From an uncultured Eubacteriales bacterium (GTDB lineage Bacteria; Bacillota; Clostridia; Oscillospirales; Oscillospiraceae): 25,014 bases of DNA. The stretch spans positions 1 to 25,014 of the forward strand of contig CAUAHS010000001.1 of assembly GCA_958428885.1 (NCBI GenBank), given 5' to 3'. Below, piece after piece: positions 1 through 9,634 of the stretch. The notes under the pieces were generated by a model. The model saw nothing but the letters and a program-made list of their open reading frames with translations. It had not been told where the DNA came from and searched no databases. The position numbers and the translations under genes are program-made. Each line of letters begins with the position of its first letter. Positions within the stretch are counted from its first letter, which is position 1.

Positions 1-2577
1 GGCGCGGACAGCTCCAAAAAGAGCGCCTCGAGCTCCATGACAGAGGCCGAAGCCGCCCTTGAGGACCACGAGACCCCGGTGCTCAAGCGCCGGCTTATCT
101 TGTCCGTCGGCTTCCTCATAGTGCTCATGTATTTCTCCATGGGCGCCATGATGTGGGGCTGGCCGCTGCCGGATTTCCTGGCCACGAACTATATGGCCCA
201 GGCGCTCATCCAGCTCTATTTGACTGTTATAGTCATGATCATCAACAAAAAGTTCTTCATCTCCGGCTTCAAGAGCCTCGCGCACAGGGCGCCGAACATG
301 GACACCCTTGTCGCCCTCGGCTCCTCCGCCGCCTTTGTCTGGAGCTCCTACGCCCTCTTTGAGATGACGACAAAGAGCGACCCGATGGACCAGATGCACG
401 TCATGCACACTGAGTTCTACTTTGAGGCCGCAGCCATGATACTGACCCTCATCACCGTAGGCAAGATGCTCGAGGCCCGCAGCAAGGGCAAGACCACGGA
501 CGCCCTCAAGAGCCTCATGAAGCTCGCGCCCAAGACCGCCAACGTCGTGCGCAATGGCCAGGAGGTCACCGTCGGCGTGGACGAGGTGGAAAAGGGCGAC
601 ATCTTCGTCGTCCGCCCGGGCGAGAACATCCCGGTAGACGGCGTCGTGCTCGAGGGCCACAGCGCCGTGAACGAGAGCGCCCTCACCGGCGAGAGCATCC
701 CCGTGGACAAGGCGGAGGGCGACACCGTCTCCGCCGCCACGCTCAACCAGAGCGGCTTCATAAAGTGCCGGGCCACCCGCGTGGGCGAGGACACGACCCT
801 CAGCCAGATCATCCAGATGGTCTCCGACGCCGCCGCCACCAAGGCGCCCATCGCCAAGGTCGCGGACAAGGTCTCCGGCGTGTTCGTGCCCACCGTCATC
901 ACCATCGCCGTCATCACCACCGTCGTGTGGCTGCTCATAGGCCGGAGCTTCGGCTATTCGCTCGCGCGAGGCATCTCCGTGCTGGTCATCAGCTGCCCCT
1001 GCGCGCTCGGCCTTGCGACGCCCGTCGCCATCATGGTCGGCAACGGCATGGGCGCCAAGAACGGCATACTGTTCAAGACCGCCGCTTCCCTCGAGGAGGC
1101 GGGCAAGATGGACATCGTCGCCCTCGACAAGACCGGCACCATCACCTCCGGCGAGCCCAAGGTCACCGATATCCTCCCCGCCGAGGGCGTCAGCGAGGAG
1201 CAGCTGATGGACCTCGCCCTCGCGCTCGAGCAGAAGAGCGAGCACCCGCTCGCCCGCGCCATCATGCAGCGCGGCGAGGAGCTCGGCATGAAGCCGGGCA
1301 AGGTCGGCTCCTTCGAGGCTCTGCCCGGCAACGGCGTCATCGCCGCCATGAACGGCAAGGAGCTCGCCACCGGCAGCCACAAGTTCATCGTCACCAGGGC
1401 CGCCGTCACCGACGACATGCGCGAGAAGGCCGAGGCCCTGGCAGAGCAGGGCAAGACCCCGCTGTACTTCGCCGAGGGCGGCAAGCTGGCCGGCATCATC
1501 GCCGTGGCCGACGTCATCAAGGAGGACAGCCCGCGCGCGGTCCGTGAGCTGCGCAGCATGGGCATCCGCGTCGTCATGCTCACCGGCGACAACGAGCGCA
1601 CCGCAAAGGCCATCGGCGCCCAGGCGGGCGTGGACGAGGTCATCGCCGGGGTCCTGCCCGACGGCAAGGAGAGCGTCATCCGCAAGCTCATGCGCCAGGG
1701 CAAGGTCGCCATGGTCGGCGACGGCATAAACGACGCCCCCGCCCTGACCCGTGCCGACATCGGCATCGCCATCGGCGCCGGTACCGACGTCGCCATCGAC
1801 GCCGCCGACGTCGTGCTCATGAAGAGCCGGCTCTCGGACGTCCCCGCAGCCATCCGCATGTCCCGCGCCACGCTGCGGAACATCCACGAGAACCTGTTCT
1901 GGGCCTTCTTTTACAACACCATCGGCATCCCCATCGCCGCGGGCTGCTTCGTCTGGGCGGGACTCACGCTCAACCCGATGATAGGCGCCGCCGCGATGAG
2001 CCTCAGCTCCTTCTGCGTCGTCACCAACGCCCTCAGGCTCAACCTCTTCAAGATGTACAACGCGAGCAAGGACAAGCCGCGCCGTCACAAGGCCGCCCCC
2101 GCCCCTGCCGAGGACGACGAGGGGCTCATCGACGTCACCATGCGCATCGACGGCATGATGTGCGAGCACTGCGAAAAGGCCGTGACCGAGGCGCTCTCCG
2201 CCGTCGAGGGCGTGCAGGACGTCACCGCCAGCGCCGAAAAGGGCACGGCGAAGTTCAAAATCAGCCCCGACACCAGCGAGCAGGCCCTCAAGGACGCCGT
2301 CACCAAGGCCGGCTACATCTTCGTCGGCTTCGGCGAGAACGTCACCGCCTGCCCCATCACCGGCACGGTGGAAAAGACCCTGAAAATTGACGGCATGATG
2401 TGCGAGCACTGCGAAAAGGCCGTGACCGAGGCGCTCAGCGCTGTGGACGGCGTGGAGGCCGTCACCGCCGACGCCAAGGCGGGCACCGCGGTCATCCGCC
2501 AGCAGCCCGGCACGGATGAAGAGGCCCTAAAGGCCGCTGTTGCCAAGGCCGGATACGTTTTCCTCGGCATCGAGTGA
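1..2577 (+). CDS. copA: Copper-translocating P1B-type ATPase (5'-partial; frame open from base 1) with two C-terminal HMA domains
   Basis: Motifs TGES (actuator), CPC (TM6), DKTGT (phosphorylation), SEHP, GDGIND, and YN...MSLSS (P1B-1 Cu+ signature); two C-terminal GMMCEHC domains. No stop or RBS precedes ATG 37, so the true start lies upstream of the window. Confidence 0.95.
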   Translation, partial: GADSSKKSASSSMTEAEAALEDHETPVLKRRLILSVGFLIVLMYFSMGAMMWGWPLPDFLATNYMAQALIQLYLTVIVMIINKKFFISGFKSLAHRAPNMDTLVALGSSAAFVWSSYALFEMTTKSDPMDQMHVMHTEFYFEAAAMILTLITVGKMLEARSKGKTTDALKSLMKLAPKTANVVRNGQEVTVGVDEVEKGDIFVVRPGENIPVDGVVLEGHSAVNESALTGESIPVDKAEGDTVSAATLNQSGFIKCRATRVGEDTTLSQIIQMVSDAAATKAPIAKVADKVSGVFVPTVITIAVITTVVWLLIGRSFGYSLARGISVLVISCPCALGLATPVAIMVGNGMGAKNGILFKTAASLEEAGKMDIVALDKTGTITSGEPKVTDILPAEGVSEEQLMDLALALEQKSEHPLARAIMQRGEELGMKPGKVGSFEALPGNGVIAAMNGKELATGSHKFIVTRAAVTDDMREKAEALAEQGKTPLYFAEGGKLAGIIAVADVIKEDSPRAVRELRSMGIRVVMLTGDNERTAKAIGAQAGVDEVIAGVLPDGKESVIRKLMRQGKVAMVGDGINDAPALTRADIGIAIGAGTDVAIDAADVVLMKSRLSDVPAAIRMSRATLRNIHENLFWAFFYNTIGIPIAAGCFVWAGLTLNPMIGAAAMSLSSFCVVTNALRLNLFKMYNASKDKPRRHKAAPAPAEDDEGLIDVTMRIDGMMCEHCEKAVTEALSAVEGVQDVTASAEKGTAKFKISPDTSEQALKDAVTKAGYIFVGFGENVTACPITGTVEKTLKIDGMMCEHCEKAVTEALSAVDGVEAVTADAKAGTAVIRQQPGTDEEALKAAVAKAGYVFLGIE
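2149..2436 (+). repeat. Intragenic direct repeat: 48 bp identical (2149-2196 and 2389-2436) inside duplicated HMA domains, period 240 bp
   Basis: gacggcatgatgtgcgagcactgcgaaaaggccgtgaccgaggcgctc occurs twice; similarity continues to the end of each domain ([15 protein letters not shown] / [15 protein letters not shown]). Confidence 0.9.
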
Positions 2578-2628
2578 CCCCACCCGGGCCAGAATATAAA
2601 TGCAAGTTTTTAAGGAGGAGATTTCACC

Positions 2629-2847
2629 ATGAAGAAGCTCATGAAGGTTGAAGGCATGCACTGCGGCGGCTGCTCCGGCCGTCTTAAGAGGCTGCTCGAG
2701 GCCGTGCCCGGCGTTGAGAGCGCCGAGGCCAGCCATGAGGACGGCACCGCCTCCGTCGTCTGCGACGCGAGCGTCACCGACGAGGCCCTCAAGGCCGCCG
2801 TCGAGGGTGCGAACTTCCAGCTCATCAGCGTCGAGACCGTCGCCTGA
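2629..2847 (+). CDS. copZ: CopZ-like copper chaperone (single HMA domain)
   Basis: 72 aa with GMHCGGC motif, strong RBS taaggaggag, directly downstream of copA. Confidence 0.88.
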   Translation: MKKLMKVEGMHCGGCSGRLKRLLEAVPGVESAEASHEDGTASVVCDASVTDEALKAAVEGANFQLISVETVA

Positions 2848-2866
2848 GACCCGCATATACGAGCTG

Positions 2867-2898
2867 AGAGCCCGGAACGCTCCGGGCTCTTTTTCTTT
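2867..2898 (+). terminator. Rho-independent terminator of copA-copZ
   Basis: Stem agagcccgga / tccgggctct, loop acgc, followed by ttttctttt. Confidence 0.85.
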
Positions 2899-3302
2899 TA
2901 TTCCACCTCACGCAGCAGGTCCTCCGGGGCGACGCCGAAGAGCTTGGCGAGGGCGATGAGGTTCGTCGTGCTCGGGTCGGATGCGCCGCTCTCCCACTTG
3001 CTGACGGCCTGACGGCTCACTCCCAGCGCTTCGGCCACGAACTCCTGCGTCATCTTGCATTCGGTCCGGCGCCGCCTTATCACCTCGCCCAGCGTCCGGG
3101 CCTTCTCGGCCCGCTCCTTCCGCACCGGCTCGGTGCGCAGGTACTTCCTCAGCGCCTTTATCAGCAGGTATATGAGATAGGCGATGATCGAATACGGCAC
3201 GATGGCCATGACGGCAAATATGAGCGATCTGACCATGCCCTGCCCTCCGGTCTGCACAGATGATGCCACGGTCGTGGCGGCGGATATGAATGTGCTTGCC
3301 AT
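2898..3302 (-). CDS. XRE/Cro-family HTH transcriptional regulator with an N-terminal transmembrane segment
   Basis: C-terminal HTH_3 (MTQEFVAEALGVSRQAVSKWESGASDP); hydrophobic LIFAVMAIVPYSIIAYLIYLLI; RBS gaaaggagg upstream of the ATG. Confidence 0.88.
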   Translation of the reverse strand: MASTFISAATTVASSVQTGGQGMVRSLIFAVMAIVPYSIIAYLIYLLIKALRKYLRTEPVRKERAEKARTLGEVIRRRRTECKMTQEFVAEALGVSRQAVSKWESGASDPSTTNLIALAKLFGVAPEDLLREVE

Positions 3303-3394
3303 GTCCCGTCCTCCTTTCTGCGCAGAGGATACCGCATTTCCGGCGGTTGCTCCACCAATTATCGCGCAACTTTGCGTCCTATGGGGCGATTTTT

Positions 3395-3432
3395 ATTATA
3401 CATTGCCCCAGTGCGGTTGAAAAGTATATAAT
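3395..3432. promoter_or_regulatory. Overlapping divergent sigmaA-like promoters (XRE gene / kinase gene)
   Basis: Plus strand: TTGCCC(3403)-18-TATAAT(3427). Minus strand: TTTTCA(3423-3418)-17-TATAAT(3400-3395). Confidence 0.55.
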
Positions 3433-3473
3433 GGAGGCGACATTTATTCGTTCGACCGAAAGGGGAGATGCAC

Positions 3474-4889
3474 ATGCCGAAGGCCGGGATACTCTCGCGG
3501 CTGCCCGGGGTGGACGAGGCGGCGGTGGATGCGGCGCTCGCCAGGGAGCTCGCGGCGAACAGCGACAAGCTGGTCGTCCTCGACGACGACCCCACGGGCG
3601 TGCAGACGGTGCACGACGTGTCGGTGTATACGGATTGGTCGGAGGCCTCCGTCCGCGAGGGCTTTGAGGAGGACGGCAGGCTCTTTTACATCCTCACGAA
3701 CTCCCGCGCCATGACCGCCGCCGAGAGCGAACGGGTCCACCGCGAGATAGGCGGCACGCTCGTGCGCGTCTCGCGGGAGACGGGACGGGGCTTCATGCTG
3801 CTCTCGCGCTGCGACTCCACGCTGCGGGGGCACTATCCGCTCGAGACCCGGGTGCTCCGGGACAGGCTGGAGGCGGCGGGGCTCAGGGTGGACGGCGAGG
3901 TGCTCTGCCCCTTTTTCAAGGAGGGCGGGCGCTTCACGCTCGGCGGCGTACACTACGTCCGGCAGGGTGACGAGCTGGTGCCGGCGGCGCAGACCGAGTT
4001 TGCCGCGGACCGGACCTTCGGCTACTCGAGCTCCGACCTGCCCGGCTACATCGAGGAAAAGACCCGGGGCGAATACCCCGCCTCGGGCGTGACAAGCATA
4101 CCCATCGAGCAGCTGAGAGCCTGCGACTACGAGGGCATAACGCAAAAACTGCTCGCGGTGCGGGATTTCGGCAAGGTCTGCGTGGACGCTGCGGACTACT
4201 GCGACGTGAAGGTGTTCGCCACAGCGCTCTACCGCTCGGCGACTCGGGGACACAGGTTCATCTTCCGGACGGCGGCGAGTCTCGTAAAGGCCCTGGGAGG
4301 CGTGAGCGACAGGCCGCTGCTCAGCCGTGAGGAGCTGATAACGCGCTCCGGCGGCGGCATAGTCGTCGTGGGCAGCCACACGCACAAGACCACGGAGCAG
4401 CTCGGGCGGCTTCTGGAGCTCGAGGGCGTGCAGGCGGCGGAGTTTGACTCCGACCTCGTGCTGGAGGGCGAGGCGGTCTTCGGAGCTGAAATAGACCGCT
4501 GTGTGGCCGAGGCGGAGCGGCTCATCCGCTCCGGGCTGACCGCCGTATGCTATACGAAGCGCCGTCTGCTGGAACTGCCCGGTGACACCAGGGAGAGCGC
4601 CCTCATGCGCAGCGTGAGGATAAGCGACGGGGTGCAGAGCCTTGTGGCGCGCCTGGGCGTGACCCCGGCCTTCGTCGTGGCGAAGGGCGGCATAACCTCC
4701 AGCGACGTGGGCACAAAGGCGCTTGCCGTCCGTCGCGCGCGGGTGCTGGGCCAGATACAGCCCGGCGTCCCCGTCTGGATGACAGGGCAAGAGAGCCGCT
4801 TTCCGAACACGCCCTACGTCATCTTCCCCGGCAACACCGGCGGAGCCGACAGCCTGCGCCTGGCGGTGGAGACTCTTATGACCCCGTGA
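3474..4889 (+). CDS. Four-carbon acid-sugar kinase family protein (DUF1537 / DtnK-OtnK-like)
   Basis: Motifs DDDPTG, LTNSRA, DSTLRGH, VVGSH, AKGGITSSD, FPGN. ATG 3474 is preferred over 3468 for spacing to the ggggag RBS. Confidence 0.88.
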   Translation: MPKAGILSRLPGVDEAAVDAALARELAANSDKLVVLDDDPTGVQTVHDVSVYTDWSEASVREGFEEDGRLFYILTNSRAMTAAESERVHREIGGTLVRVSRETGRGFMLLSRCDSTLRGHYPLETRVLRDRLEAAGLRVDGEVLCPFFKEGGRFTLGGVHYVRQGDELVPAAQTEFAADRTFGYSSSDLPGYIEEKTRGEYPASGVTSIPIEQLRACDYEGITQKLLAVRDFGKVCVDAADYCDVKVFATALYRSATRGHRFIFRTAASLVKALGGVSDRPLLSREELITRSGGGIVVVGSHTHKTTEQLGRLLELEGVQAAEFDSDLVLEGEAVFGAEIDRCVAEAERLIRSGLTAVCYTKRRLLELPGDTRESALMRSVRISDGVQSLVARLGVTPAFVVAKGGITSSDVGTKALAVRRARVLGQIQPGVPVWMTGQESRFPNTPYVIFPGNTGGADSLRLAVETLMTP

Positions 4890-4905
4890 CACCGACAATG
4901 ACGAC

Positions 4906-4948
4906 GGAGGGCGGCTGCTTTTTGCAGCCGCCCTCCTTGCCCTTTTTT
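4906..4948 (+). terminator. Rho-independent terminator between convergent genes
   Basis: 13-bp stem ggagggcggctgc / gcagccgccctcc followed by ttgccctttttt. Confidence 0.75.
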
Positions 4949-4976
4949 CGGGGACCGGTTTTGACTTTTCCGCGGT

Positions 4977-7013
4977 TTAACGGCCTCTCTCGGCAAAGTA
5001 TATGCCCAGTCTGGAGGCGAGCTCGTCCGCTGCTTTGGCAGCGTCAACGGCGCCGGCAAAATATCCGGCCGCCGCGTCGTCAACGATGCCCATGAGCTCG
5101 CTGTCCGGACAGCACAGGCCGTTCAGACCGTCCAGGACCTCAGCCGCACGCTCGTAGTGACTCGTGTCCGTCCAGGGATACTGGCCTTCCTCGGCCGCAT
5201 CTATTCTCGGCTGCTCATATTCGGCAAGCCGCTCATATTCGGCGGAAAGTATGGGGAAGGCGTTCAGTTCGAGATTCTTGTAGAGCGTGTTCTCCTCGAG
5301 CATCAGGCTCCTTATGAAGTCGAAGGCGCCGCCGACGTTTTTGGACGAGGCGGGTATCGCCAGATATACCACCGGCACGAGCGTTCCGCTGCCCTCGCGG
5401 AAGGGCAGGCCGCACACTTTTAAATCTTCCAGAGTGCAGCCGAAGTCTTCGGCCGCTCCGAACAGACCTCCTGCGCCGCCGATGGTCTGAAAGCTGTATC
5501 TCTGCGTGCCTGATGCCATATTTGCCATCTCGGAGCTGTGGTCCTCCTCCTCGGGCAGTACCTGAGCGTATTCTAGTATGGCCTGTATGTCCGCGGCGTC
5601 ATAGGCCTCCGCTCCGCCGCAGCCGAAGGCCATGGTGAGGAACATGTCCCGGGCCATAGTGCCGCCGAGCGCCTCGTCCGCGCTCCCCATGCGCCCGAGC
5701 GCGTCGGAGACGGAGGTAAAGGGAGCGGCATCGGCGTCCCGCGACACCAGCGTGGACACATAGTAGACGGGAGCTATCGCGGGCAGTCTGCCGTCGTCCG
5801 TGAGCATGGCGTTCAGCGCCCCATCGATGAGGCTGTCCGGCCCGAGCTGGGGGTCGGCCTCGATGAGCGGCAAAAGGTCGACCATGGCGTCCGGGTTCAG
5901 TATGGTGGATGAGAAACTGTTGACGTCGATGATATCCGGCCCATTCCCGGCTATGAGCTCGGTGTTCAGCACGGTAAGGGGGTCCGAATAGCCGCTGTAG
6001 TCTTTGACTGCGAGCTCGTATTCTCCGCCCGAGGCGTTGAACTCCAGAATGGAGCTTGAAATAAAATAAGACTGCCCGTTGACCGCCAGCACGAGCTGCG
6101 TTTTCGTCCGGGCGTTCTCGTCGTAGCGCACAAGGGCGGCCCCCTCACGTCCGACGGCCACATAGCCGCCGTCTCCGTCCGGCCAGACGGTGACCTGTCT
6201 GCCGCTCAGACCGCAGGAGATAAAGCCGAAGAGCCGGGTGAGTTCTCCGGAGGCGATGTCGTACTCAAAGGCGGAGGTGCCGTCGCTTATGCAGAGACGC
6301 CCGTCTGCGGCGGAGAGCAGGCTCCCGCCGTCGAAACGCGCGATTTCTTCCCCGTCCTCAAGGCGAAAGACGGAGAGCGCTCCGCCGCCTGTCGTTTCCG
6401 CGCTGCCTGCATATACCGTTTCTCCGTCCGAGGCGAGGTCTATTGGGCCGCTTACGGAGATATCCCGCTGCTTTTCGCCGCTTGAGGCGGAATAGACGGC
6501 GATGCGATGCGAGTTGAGGTAGTCCGTCAGGGCGATATAGACCATGTCCCCGGCGGCGCACATGCCGACAGTGACCTCCTTTTGGCCGATGTCCGGCGAG
6601 CATGTCGGGCTGTACTCCGCTCCTGAGAGCCGCCCCAGCTCATAGACGGGTGCGCTGTCGGCATCCGTGGGCAGACGGTGGAGCACCCAGGCCGTCCCGC
6701 CGTCCCCCGCGCACATTTTTACAACCGATGAAATGCCGGGTATGGTCTCCACCGAGCCGTCAAAGCCCAGCAGCATCAGCTCGCTTCCAAAGGCGTAGAG
6801 CCCGCCCTCCGCCGGAGCCGCGGCGAAGATGGTCCCGACCTCGGACTCGGAGACAAGTTCTTCCGCTGTAAAGGCGCCGCCAGGCATATCCGCCGCTGTG
6901 TCCGACTCAGCCAGCGAAATGCTCCCATTGCCTTTGCCGCAGCCGGAGAGCAGCAGGCACGCTGCCGCCAGCACGGCGAGGGACGCCTGTTTCACTCTTT
7001 TGCATCTCAGCAT
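4977..7013 (-). CDS. Large lipoprotein: N-terminal beta-rich domain plus C-terminal family-1-like extracellular solute-binding domain
   Basis: Start re-called at ATG 7013 (RBS caggagg). Signal peptide MLRCKRVKQ...LLLSGC with lipobox; SBP motifs GNGPDIID, DLLPLIEAD, SKNVGGAFDFI, AAAGYFAG...IYFAE. Confidence 0.8.
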   Translation of the reverse strand: MLRCKRVKQASLAVLAAACLLLSGCGKGNGSISLAESDTAADMPGGAFTAEELVSESEVGTIFAAAPAEGGLYAFGSELMLLGFDGSVETIPGISSVVKMCAGDGGTAWVLHRLPTDADSAPVYELGRLSGAEYSPTCSPDIGQKEVTVGMCAAGDMVYIALTDYLNSHRIAVYSASSGEKQRDISVSGPIDLASDGETVYAGSAETTGGGALSVFRLEDGEEIARFDGGSLLSAADGRLCISDGTSAFEYDIASGELTRLFGFISCGLSGRQVTVWPDGDGGYVAVGREGAALVRYDENARTKTQLVLAVNGQSYFISSSILEFNASGGEYELAVKDYSGYSDPLTVLNTELIAGNGPDIIDVNSFSSTILNPDAMVDLLPLIEADPQLGPDSLIDGALNAMLTDDGRLPAIAPVYYVSTLVSRDADAAPFTSVSDALGRMGSADEALGGTMARDMFLTMAFGCGGAEAYDAADIQAILEYAQVLPEEEDHSSEMANMASGTQRYSFQTIGGAGGLFGAAEDFGCTLEDLKVCGLPFREGSGTLVPVVYLAIPASSKNVGGAFDFIRSLMLEENTLYKNLELNAFPILSAEYERLAEYEQPRIDAAEEGQYPWTDTSHYERAAEVLDGLNGLCCPDSELMGIVDDAAAGYFAGAVDAAKAADELASRLGIYFAERGR

Positions 7014-7080
7014 ACAGACCTCCTGTTCCGTTCTCGTGTCAGACGTATTTCTGCGCAGGTATCTAATGATGTTGACGGTA

Positions 7081-7163
7081 TCAGGCCCGCCTTTGTTTCC
7101 AAAAGCGGGCCTGAGCTTTTGTCCGGACAGCGGCTGGCCTCCGGAGGCGAGCATCTGCCGGAC
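7081..7163 (-). other. Two adjacent GC-rich hairpins between the paralogous lipoprotein genes
   Basis: Minus strand: gtccggcag..gcctccggaggc..ctgtccggac (7163-7121), then tcaggcccgcttttg-GAAA-caaaggcgggcctga (7114-7081). Confidence 0.55.
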
Positions 7164-7246
7164 CATCTATGGACTTATGGGGCGGAACGGCTGAGAGCCC
7201 GGGCATGTCCTCCATATCCCGGCCTGAATGCGCCGGGCGGGAGCCT

Positions 7247-9412
7247 TTATTCGCTCTCCGCCAGGTAGATCTCCACCCGGTTCTGAATGAGCTGCTCCAC
7301 CTCGGCGGCGGTTTTCGCCCCGGCGAAGAAGGCGCCTGACTCCTCGCTCACGATGCCATACACTGTTGCGTCGTTGGAGCAAACATGGCCTATGGACTCT
7401 ATGAGCTCGCGCTGGAGGCTCAGCATACCTTCGGTGTCCATGGCCATTTTCAGCTCACGGCCGTCGGGCAGGTAACCCGTTATCTGGTTGACCTCGACGG
7501 CGGCGGCATAATCGCGCTCGCTCTGCTCCAGCCGCTCATACGTGGATATGCTCATGGGATAGCCGTCTCGCACCGTGTTCAGATTGCCCTCCGGCCAGAG
7601 CTGCGAGCTTATGAACTCCCAGGCCGCCTCCTTGTTCTCGCAGCCGGAGGAGATGCCCAGGGAGACGACGGGGTCCGCCACGCACAGCTCTCCGCCGAAG
7701 AAGGGCAGGGCGGCTATGTCTGCGCCGTAGTAGAGCTCGAGGGAGAAAAGATCGCTGGTGTTGCGGAGCGCGGAAAAGGCAAGCGCCTGTCTGCCGTCGA
7801 CGATGTCTGCCCTCCAGCCGGACTGCTCGTCCGCGGTCTCCGGCAGTTTCGCGGCAAAGGAGAGCAGCCGGTCGAAGCTCTCGCCCGTGAAATCGGCCTT
7901 GCGGCTCTCATAGTCTATAAATCCGCCGAGCTCGAGCGAGTATTTCAGGAAATCCGCCCTTGTGAGCTGAGTTCCGAACACCGTGCTGTAACCGAGCTCC
8001 GGCGTCAGCAGCTCCGCCTCCGCAGTATCATAGTTCAGCGTCCCCAGCCGGGAGACGACGTCGGCACGTCCGAATACAGCCGCCGGGTAGAAGCCCGTGG
8101 GTATGCTGTACAGCGCTCCGTCGAGCTCCAGCGCCTCGAGGATGTTCGGCCAGAGGTCGTCTCTGCCCGGACCGCCGCCCGCGTCCATGAGGGGATAGAG
8201 GTCAGTCAGCAGCCCGGAACCCGCATACTGTTCCGCAGGAAGCTGGGAGAGGTCTATGATATCTGGCACCGTCCCGGCGATTATCTCTGTGGCCAGGGCG
8301 GTCACACCGCCGGACTGGGAGTAGTCCAGCATCGTTATCCTGATGTCGCTGTGCAGGCGGTTGAACTCCGCCACATCGTCCTTCACCGCGTCGGCGTCCA
8401 GCGTTGCAAACGTGAGCTGGGTGATCTCGCCGGACGCTGTCTTGGCAAGGCGCATCCAGGTCCGGCCGCCGACGGGCAAGATGAACTCCTCACCGCCTAG
8501 GGCGACGAGACCGTTCCAGCCGTCGAGCCCCAGCTCGAGACCGTCGGCGATCCCGGTGAGGCCGTTCGTTTCAAAGTCGTAGCCGAGCAGCGCCGACCCG
8601 CCGACCTCGCAGAGATACAGGTCAAAGTCCGCGCCATTGGACACGGCGAGATAACTGCCGTTGAGCGTCTGCTGCTCTCCCCAGCCGGAGCCCTCGAGTC
8701 GGCGGATGCGGGTTCCGGCATAGGTGCTGCCGGCGGCGCTGTTTCTCACGTCGGAGGAGTCGAGGAGCACCGCTCCGCCGTCGGCGAGGTTGGCGAGCGA
8801 CGCATCCTGCGAGATGCCCTCGAGCGAAGCGAGCACCGCTCCGCCCTCTCCGTCGAGAGCGAGCAGCCGCATATTCGCCCCGGCGTAGAGAACGTACAGC
8901 GTCCCGTCGCTGCCGCAGGCCAGCTCGTAGGGATAACTGCCCGCGGGAACGTTGGAGCCGTCGACGGAAAACCGCGCAAGTTCCGTGCCATCTCTGTCAA
9001 GGTGCAATAATTCAGGACTGCCGTCGTCGAGCGAGGCATAGCTGAGCGCCCAGAGCCCGCCGACCTGGTCGGCGCAGCAAGTCCTCAGCCAGGAGCCGTC
9101 AAAGCCCGAAAGCTCTCTCAGGCCGTTCCCGTCGAGCCCGGAGACGCTCAGAGCGGTCTTCGGATCGTCTATGCCGGCGGAGTAGTCCTCGTATATGTAG
9201 AAGAGGAGGTCTCCGGAACGCAGAACATTGCAGCCCTCCGCACCTGAGCCGAAATCGCTCAGCGCATACCTGAGCTCGCCCGGCTCCGGACTGTCCGCCG
9301 CCACGGGGTCTGGCACGGAGGAGGATATGGAATACCCCGGCTCTTCGGCTGCGCCGCAGGCAGACAGCAGCAGGCACGATATCAACAGAATGCAGCAACA
9401 CTTCTTTTTCAT
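7247..9412 (-). CDS. Large lipoprotein: N-terminal beta-propeller-like domain plus C-terminal extracellular solute-binding domain (paralog of 4977-7013)
   Basis: Start re-called at ATG 9412 (RBS taaggagg). MKKKCCCILLISCLLLSAC lipobox; GTVPDIID, DLYPLMD, LYSIP, ENKEAAWEFI, EESGAFFAG...IQNRVEIYLAE. Confidence 0.82.
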   Translation of the reverse strand: MKKKCCCILLISCLLLSACGAAEEPGYSISSSVPDPVAADSPEPGELRYALSDFGSGAEGCNVLRSGDLLFYIYEDYSAGIDDPKTALSVSGLDGNGLRELSGFDGSWLRTCCADQVGGLWALSYASLDDGSPELLHLDRDGTELARFSVDGSNVPAGSYPYELACGSDGTLYVLYAGANMRLLALDGEGGAVLASLEGISQDASLANLADGGAVLLDSSDVRNSAAGSTYAGTRIRRLEGSGWGEQQTLNGSYLAVSNGADFDLYLCEVGGSALLGYDFETNGLTGIADGLELGLDGWNGLVALGGEEFILPVGGRTWMRLAKTASGEITQLTFATLDADAVKDDVAEFNRLHSDIRITMLDYSQSGGVTALATEIIAGTVPDIIDLSQLPAEQYAGSGLLTDLYPLMDAGGGPGRDDLWPNILEALELDGALYSIPTGFYPAAVFGRADVVSRLGTLNYDTAEAELLTPELGYSTVFGTQLTRADFLKYSLELGGFIDYESRKADFTGESFDRLLSFAAKLPETADEQSGWRADIVDGRQALAFSALRNTSDLFSLELYYGADIAALPFFGGELCVADPVVSLGISSGCENKEAAWEFISSQLWPEGNLNTVRDGYPMSISTYERLEQSERDYAAAVEVNQITGYLPDGRELKMAMDTEGMLSLQRELIESIGHVCSNDATVYGIVSEESGAFFAGAKTAAEVEQLIQNRVEIYLAESE

Positions 9413-9552
9413 GGGAGCCTCCTTAAAATGTCGGGGATGAGACAGGACGACAACTCTATAATTTAGAGACGTTGTGGACATGCAAGTGCAACATCCTCCC
9501 GGACGGTCTCCCCGAGAAACGGGGCGGCGAGGTCCATGACAGGGGACAAGAG

Positions 9553-9599
9553 CTGAAAAAAGCCCGCTCCGGCACGACGACCGGAACGGGCCTTTTCAG
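9553..9599 (-). terminator. Rho-independent terminator downstream of the LarA-family gene
   Basis: Minus strand ggcccgttccgg-tcgtcgtg-ccggagcgggc followed by tttttt; A/T tracts on both sides. Confidence 0.8.
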
Positions 9600-9634
9600 G
9601 AGCCGAGGCGGCTGAAATATGGCAGCCGCCTGCC

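Noticed and set aside
3444..4898. 484-aa minus-strand ORF
   Set aside because: Antisense shadow of the acid-sugar kinase.
7014..7166. 51-aa N-terminal extension of the 4977-7166 ORF (likewise 9413-9481 for its paralog)
   Set aside because: Strong RBSs and signal peptides begin at the downstream ATGs (7013 and 9412).
7081..7206. Possible 41-aa leader ORF (MPGLSAVPP...) on the minus strand
   Set aside because: GGAGG lies only 2 nt from the ATG and there is no coding signature.
9450..9475. Imperfect inverted repeat acaactcta...tagagacgttgt upstream of the lipoprotein genes
   Set aside because: Short and gapped, with no second copy or clear promoter context; not enough to call an operator.
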